Positions 59,058 through 64,000 of a DNA stretch of 64,000 nucleotides are shown in pieces; positions within the stretch are counted from its first letter, which is position 1; each line of letters begins with the position of its first letter. This DNA is from an uncultured cyanobacterium (GTDB taxonomy: Bacteria; Cyanobacteriota; Cyanobacteriia; Cyanobacteriales; Nostocaceae), in the NCBI GenBank assembly GCA_963740315.1, contig CAVUDP010000001.1, forward strand, positions 672,001 to 736,000, given 5' to 3'. The position numbers were made by a program, and so were the translations under genes. Below the pieces are notes generated by a model. That model was not told the origin of the DNA, did not search any database, and was given only the letters and a program-made list of their open reading frames with translations.

Positions 59058-61016
59058 ATGCAAAGTTACCACAATACTAGAATAATCGGGTTTGATTTAG
59101 GGCATGGTGAAACTGCCTTAACTTGGGTGCGTGCGGATAATCAAGAAACTAATCCTCAAAGTTTATTAATTAATAATCGTAAAAGCCAAATAACTGCGAT
59201 CGCGCATCATCCCCAGCGGGGAATCATCATCGGTGAAATGGCTTGTCAGCTATCTGATGCAACTGTTTTAGAAATTGCTTTTAAAACTAGAAAATTTGAC
59301 GATTTATCTTATCAAAGAACGATTAAAGAATTTGTTAACGCGATTTATCAACATTTAATTGATACAAATCAAATCCAAACTGAAGACACTAATTACTTTT
59401 TCGTCGGTTGCCCCTCTGGATGGTGGATAGAAGAAATTCAAACTTATCAAAAAATACTTTCCGAAACCGTACCTAACTCAACAGTTGTCAAGGAATCACG
59501 GGCTGCTTTGATGCACGCCAAAGAAAGCGGTATTTTTACAATTCAAGAATTAGAAAAATCGGTATTAGTAATTGATATTGGTTCTTCCACTACAGATTTT
59601 ACCTTAGTTAAAGGAATGTCCGATACTCCCATAGATTTTGGACGCGATTTAGGTGCATCTTTAATTGAAAAAGAGATTTTGAAGAAAACTCTAGAAATTC
59701 ATCGTCAATATAGACAAAAAAACGAAGATATTATCAAATTAGGAAAACACCTCAACGATGAAGAAATCTGGACTTTAGAAGAAATAGAAAAACTCGAAAC
59801 AATCTTTAAGCAAAGTCCTATTTATAGAAATCGTTGCGAGCTTCGCTGTCGGAAAGCTAAAGAAGAATATTTTAATTATCAAGATACTTATCGAGATGAT
59901 TATGTTAACGTTGGTAGCGAAGATATCCAGCGGAAGTTTAAATTTTCACCTTTAGTAAATGGTAAAATTATCAACGCCATTCTCAATCAATCCCTACCAG
60001 AATTAGAGAATAAAAGCTGGCGCGATGCATTCGGAAGCCAGTTACAAGTAGTAAAACAAAAACTAGACGAACAAGCTATTATACCCAGTGCAATTTTACT
60101 CACGGGTAGCGCTTCCAAAATGGGTTTTGTTCTCGATATGTGTCAAGAAAACTTTCCTAACTTACCTTGCAAACGCGACGGCGAACCCGAATTATGTATT
60201 GCTAGAGGTTTAGCGCGTTGGGGAAGAGTGTATATTCGTACATCTGGTTTTATGGATGAAATCAGTCAATTTTTAGATAACGAATTAACGGGTATTGTCG
60301 GGAATCACGTACCAGCATTTTTAGATAAATTAGCAGAAGAATTAGCAAACGGTTTGGTAGAAGAAGTAGTTAAACCTTGCGTTAAATCTTGGCGAAATAG
60401 AGAAATTATTACTCTCAAAGCCTTAGAATCGGAAATTGAAAACAAAGCTAAAACTTGGTTGACGGGAAGCGATGGTAATAGCAAGGTTACAAAAACCTTA
60501 TTAGAATGGTTAGCAAACGTGCAAGATGAAGTTAGAGAAAAAACTGATTCTATTTGCAGTAAATATGGTTTACCATTAGGTACATTTGGTAGTAAAACAA
60601 TCGACTTAGGAGATCATACCGGAAAAGTACCTACATCCATATCATTTGACGATTTGAGCGGACTTTCCGTATTCGTCGGACACCTTGTTGCTATTATAGT
60701 TGGTGTAGTTCTCGCCGGTTTATTTCACGTGATAATTTTTGCGGGAATCATCGCTCCAATTATTGGAATTGTTGCTTATTTTGCTGGTGAATCATTAGTT
60801 AAAGAAACAGATATTCCCGCTTGGATACGTAAGTTTGTTTCCGATAGTAGAATCAACGATTTAGCACTTAAAAAGAAGCCAGAATTGCAGCAGAAAATCT
60901 ACGAAACATTGACAAAAGATCCGACAATTGCGATTAAATTGGGTAAATCGATTAGCGAGTGGTTGAAAGAAACCGTACAGGAACAAGCCGATCGAGCAAG
61001 GTTGTTGATTGCTTGA
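59058..61016 (+). CDS. Atypical Hsp70-family (actin-like ATPase) protein with helical/TM C-terminus
   Basis: IGFDLGHGET, VGCPSGW, KESRAAL, VIDIGSSTTDF, LGASLIE, CRKAKEE, LLTGSASKM, PELCIARGLA; C-terminal hydrophobic hairpin; RBS aggag. Confidence 0.8.
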   Translation: MQSYHNTRIIGFDLGHGETALTWVRADNQETNPQSLLINNRKSQITAIAHHPQRGIIIGEMACQLSDATVLEIAFKTRKFDDLSYQRTIKEFVNAIYQHLIDTNQIQTEDTNYFFVGCPSGWWIEEIQTYQKILSETVPNSTVVKESRAALMHAKESGIFTIQELEKSVLVIDIGSSTTDFTLVKGMSDTPIDFGRDLGASLIEKEILKKTLEIHRQYRQKNEDIIKLGKHLNDEEIWTLEEIEKLETIFKQSPIYRNRCELRCRKAKEEYFNYQDTYRDDYVNVGSEDIQRKFKFSPLVNGKIINAILNQSLPELENKSWRDAFGSQLQVVKQKLDEQAIIPSAILLTGSASKMGFVLDMCQENFPNLPCKRDGEPELCIARGLARWGRVYIRTSGFMDEISQFLDNELTGIVGNHVPAFLDKLAEELANGLVEEVVKPCVKSWRNREIITLKALESEIENKAKTWLTGSDGNSKVTKTLLEWLANVQDEVREKTDSICSKYGLPLGTFGSKTIDLGDHTGKVPTSISFDDLSGLSVFVGHLVAIIVGVVLAGLFHVIIFAGIIAPIIGIVAYFAGESLVKETDIPAWIRKFVSDSRINDLALKKKPELQQKIYETLTKDPTIAIKLGKSISEWLKETVQEQADRARLLIA

Positions 61017-61017
61017 T

Positions 61018-61842
61018 TTAATTGATGCAGGGTGTTGTCGTATAGTTAGTAATTAATAGTTCCTTACCTTTAGCCGCACTACTTTGTTTGTAATTATTCA
61101 TTCCATATTGTAATTCCCACTCAAAAATGTTCAGCGATTTAAAATTTTCTCGAATTTGAAACGAATCGTCATAGGTAATCAGCCAATTGCGATCGCATTG
61201 TTTTACAGCTTCGGCAAATCTTGTATGTTCAAAAGATGTATGCAAATTACCATCTTTACCATAGAGCTTTGATTTAGTAGCTGTAAAATATGGAGGATCT
61301 AGAAACAAAAATACATTTTTACCTTTTGGATGTAACAGTTCGCTATAATCTAAATTAGTAATTTTTACATCTTCTGATAAAATTGTTTCTAATTTTTCTA
61401 AACGTTCTATTGAAGAGTAAGTAAATCGTTTGTGAAAAGCTTGTTCCGAAAAACCTCCAGCTTCAACAGTTCCCGAAAATGTAATTCTATTCAGAACGAA
61501 AAAACGGACTGCTCTTTCTAAATTTGATAATTTGTTTTTATCTACTGTGGTTAATTCTGTGAAGAGTAATTTACCATTTGTATGGCTATCTTTAATAAAA
61601 CGAATTTCTTCAATCAATTGAGGTAGATTTAATTGAGCAATCTTCCAAAAAAAGAATAATTCAGGGTTTAAATCGTTAATCCAAATTTTTAGATCGGGAA
61701 ACTTCTGCTTTAAATATATAAATAAAGAGCCGCCACCGACGAAAGGTTCTCTATATTCATCAAAATTATCTGGTAAGTACTCAATTATTTTTTTTAATGC
61801 CTTTGACTTACCTCCTGGATACCGGAGAGGACTTTTAATCAT
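61018..61842 (-). CDS. Dam-family (D12 class) N6-adenine DNA methyltransferase
   Basis: SPLRYPGGKS, EPFVGGGS (motif I), WINDLN, FLDPPY (motif IV), ELLITNY. Confidence 0.93.
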   Translation of the reverse strand: MIKSPLRYPGGKSKALKKIIEYLPDNFDEYREPFVGGGSLFIYLKQKFPDLKIWINDLNPELFFFWKIAQLNLPQLIEEIRFIKDSHTNGKLLFTELTTVDKNKLSNLERAVRFFVLNRITFSGTVEAGGFSEQAFHKRFTYSSIERLEKLETILSEDVKITNLDYSELLHPKGKNVFLFLDPPYFTATKSKLYGKDGNLHTSFEHTRFAEAVKQCDRNWLITYDDSFQIRENFKSLNIFEWELQYGMNNYKQSSAAKGKELLITNYTTTPCIN

Positions 61843-61887
61843 AATTAATAAAGTTACACATTGATTTTTGATTATACATAAATTGCA

Positions 61888-63033
61888 CTAAGAATTACTT
61901 GCTATTTCTATTTTAAGTTTTTGATGATGCCGAGCCTCCAAAGCTAACTTCTTGATAATTTCTTTTTGCTTATTGTTAAATATATTATTGTTTGCTTGTA
62001 AAAATACTTCTAATTCATCGGTTGATGCATCTGGAAAGAGAATAGAGCCGATAATATTTATCCCAGTCAATTTTAGTTTTGTAATAAAATTAACGCTTTT
62101 TCCATCAAGAGTTAGCGAGTCTAAATTAGAAAATAAAATTAGCTTGAATAAACCATCTTGAATATCAGGAAGCTTTGGGAATGAATCTTTTGATGTATTT
62201 TTAGACTCTTGGATGATGTACATATTATTTTCATGGAATATCTCATCAGGAGTCAAATAATAAACACCTCCCAAATAGTTCTCAATACTAAAAGTTGCTT
62301 TTAACCCATCTACTAGATATTCTAGTTTATGAGAAGTAAGAGCTTCTCTTTTACTAGCACTTTGAGAACCTTTAAGAGAAATATTCTTAAACTCTTCAAA
62401 TTCTTCGGAAATGCTTTGTAAATACTTATTCATTCCTCTTCTTGAATGAATTTTTACTTTGGTTTGCTCAGAAATACGTTCGTAAGAATTGAGGGCTTGT
62501 TCAAAAATTTGAGTAAATCTTTGTTCAAATAAGTTTTTGTTCCAGTGCAAAGCGCTTTGACGGTAATCTAGTATTTCTTGAATTTGAGCTTTAACAAAGT
62601 TATTATTAAATCCTTGTTTAGTTAACTTATCCTTATTTTCTTGACCTTTCTTATTACTTTTTTCTGCTGTCTCATAGTAAGCTAAAACAATATATATATT
62701 TAGTAAATTCATCCAAGAAATAGTAGAATATTGAATTCTATCTCAATCGCCATCTTTCCCTTCATCTTTGATAACAGGAATAATAGTTAACACTTTAGAT
62801 GAATTATAAGTATTATAAATTCTGGCGAATGGATAACTTCTAGTTCTTTTAGGTGATACCCATTGTGAATAGGCGATTTCAGTTGCAGGTGATTTTATTA
62901 ATCCATAAGAGTTGCCTTGATTAACATTAAAGGTATCTAAATTAATTTCTTTTAAAGGTTCATTTAAATAGGTTTTGTAAGTCACTCCTTTGATAAATCC
63001 GGTAAAATGTAAAATATTAGTCATATTTTGCAA
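61888..63033 (-). pseudogene. Putative type II restriction endonuclease interrupted by in-frame TGA (62743-62745)
   Basis: ORFs 62743-63033 and 61888-62712 are in the same frame: ...KDGD*DRIQYSTISWMNLL... The C-terminal part has TPDE...IQESKN (PD-ExK). Directly upstream of the methyltransferase. Confidence 0.75.
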
Positions 63034-63237
63034 ATTTTTTGAATTATTTTAATTAATCCTACTTAGTCAGTCACAAATGGTTGATGGTGCGTGACGCTAC
63101 AAACCTTATTACTACGTTCAAACGAGATAAATGCGTCACACACCCTACAAAAAAAATGTGCCAGTTGATTAGTAAATATATCAAAATATTGTTACTTTAA
63201 TTTACTTATCAACAGAACTTGTAATTTCACTCAACCC

Positions 63238-63813
63238 ATGTCCAACTCTACTATCACTATTCCCCAAGCCTTCAAAGTCACTCACGAACAATTCAAAGAA
63301 TTAGCGATCGCCAACCGTGACTTAAGATTAGAACGAACAAAAAAAGGAGAATTAATAATAATGCCTCCCACTGGAAGCGAAACAGGAAAAAGAAACACCG
63401 ATATTATTGGACAACTATGGTTTTGGAACCGCAAAAAAAAATTAGGAGTAGTATTTGATTCATCAACGGGTTTTCATTTACCTAATGGTGCAAACCGCTC
63501 CCCAGATGCATCTTGGGTAAAATTAGAACGCTGGGAAGCACTGAGTACAGAAGAAAAACAAGGTTTTGCACCCATATGTCCCGATTTTGTTGTGGAATTG
63601 CGTTCGCCTTCTGATAACATGAAACCGCTGCGAGAAAAGATGCAGGAATATATTGAAAATGGTGCAAAATTAGGATGGTTGATTGACCGCAAAAACCGTA
63701 AAGTAGAAGTATACAAACAAGGTTTTGATGTAGAAATATTAGATAATCCCGCTTCTTTATCCGGTGAAAATATATTACCGGAATTTATCTTATATTTAGC
63801 GGAAGTTTGGTAG
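63238..63813 (+). CDS. Uma2 (DUF820) family endonuclease-like protein
   Basis: LERT..GELIIMPP, FDSSTGF.LPNGA.RSPDASW, CPDFVVELRS, KMQEYIENG..LGWLID. Confidence 0.93.
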   Translation: MSNSTITIPQAFKVTHEQFKELAIANRDLRLERTKKGELIIMPPTGSETGKRNTDIIGQLWFWNRKKKLGVVFDSSTGFHLPNGANRSPDASWVKLERWEALSTEEKQGFAPICPDFVVELRSPSDNMKPLREKMQEYIENGAKLGWLIDRKNRKVEVYKQGFDVEILDNPASLSGENILPEFILYLAEVW

Positions 63814-63909
63814 TCTTTTTTTTATATTTTAAAAATTTGTAGAGACGTAGCACTGCTACGTCTCCATGAAATCATCACTTCATATTTTGCCAAAGGCTAG
63901 ACCGAAAAA

Positions 63910-64000
63910 TTAACTTTCTTCCGGCTTAAAATCTAGCGAAACACCATTCATACAGTAACGCTGCCCAGTAGGTTTGGGACCATCGGCGAATACATGACCC
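63910..64000 (-). CDS. msrB: Peptide-methionine (R)-S-oxide reductase MsrB, 3' end only
   Basis: Minus strand reads GHVFADGPKPTGQRYCMNGVSLDFKPEES*, matching the MsrB signature GHVF.DGP.PTG.RYC.N. Not in the ORF track. Confidence 0.9.
   Translation of the reverse strand, partial: GHVFADGPKPTGQRYCMNGVSLDFKPEES

Noticed and set aside
62743..62745. Selenocysteine or recoded TGA in the restriction nuclease
   Set aside because: No evident SECIS-like hairpin and no redox-motif context; a nonsense mutation is simpler.
1..64000. tRNA or rRNA genes
   Set aside because: No cloverleaf or rRNA-like segment was recognised by eye; tRNAscan/Infernal were not run.

Overview
AT-rich chromosomal window from a filamentous cyanobacterium, probably Nostocales/Rivulariaceae-like. 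This is inferred from frequent HIP1 GCGATCGC octamers, heptamer STRR tracts and many small dispersed palindromic repeats. It contains: a hybrid kinase with a response regulator carrying a degenerate GGDEF domain; a Na+/Ca2+ antiporter and MscS; a feoA-feoA-feoB-feoC operon; a cluster of two filamentous-haemagglutinin (TpsA) genes, two-component genes, CHASE2 and DUF928; potC and ilvB; two IS200/IS605 elements with intact TnpB and readable ends; a Pepco-caspase-FGE module; a ferrochelatase-like gene with a CoaR-like MerR-CobH regulator; an LRR-Roc-COR (Roco) gene; pyrC-like, histidine phosphatase and GAF kinase genes; an XPB-like helicase with DUF790 (Bax1-like) nuclease; a TPR protein and nucleoside hydrolase; a type II RM pair whose nuclease carries a nonsense codon; Uma2; and the 3' end of msrB. 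The best candidate for an undescribed system is a two-gene operon at 58003-61016. It encodes a membrane-anchored protein with a GrpE-like C-terminus and an Hsp70-type ATPase domain fused to a helical/transmembrane-hairpin tail, next to the RM locus. Several accessory genes are broken by frameshifts or stops while housekeeping genes are intact. All calls come from motif reading only; no database searches were run.
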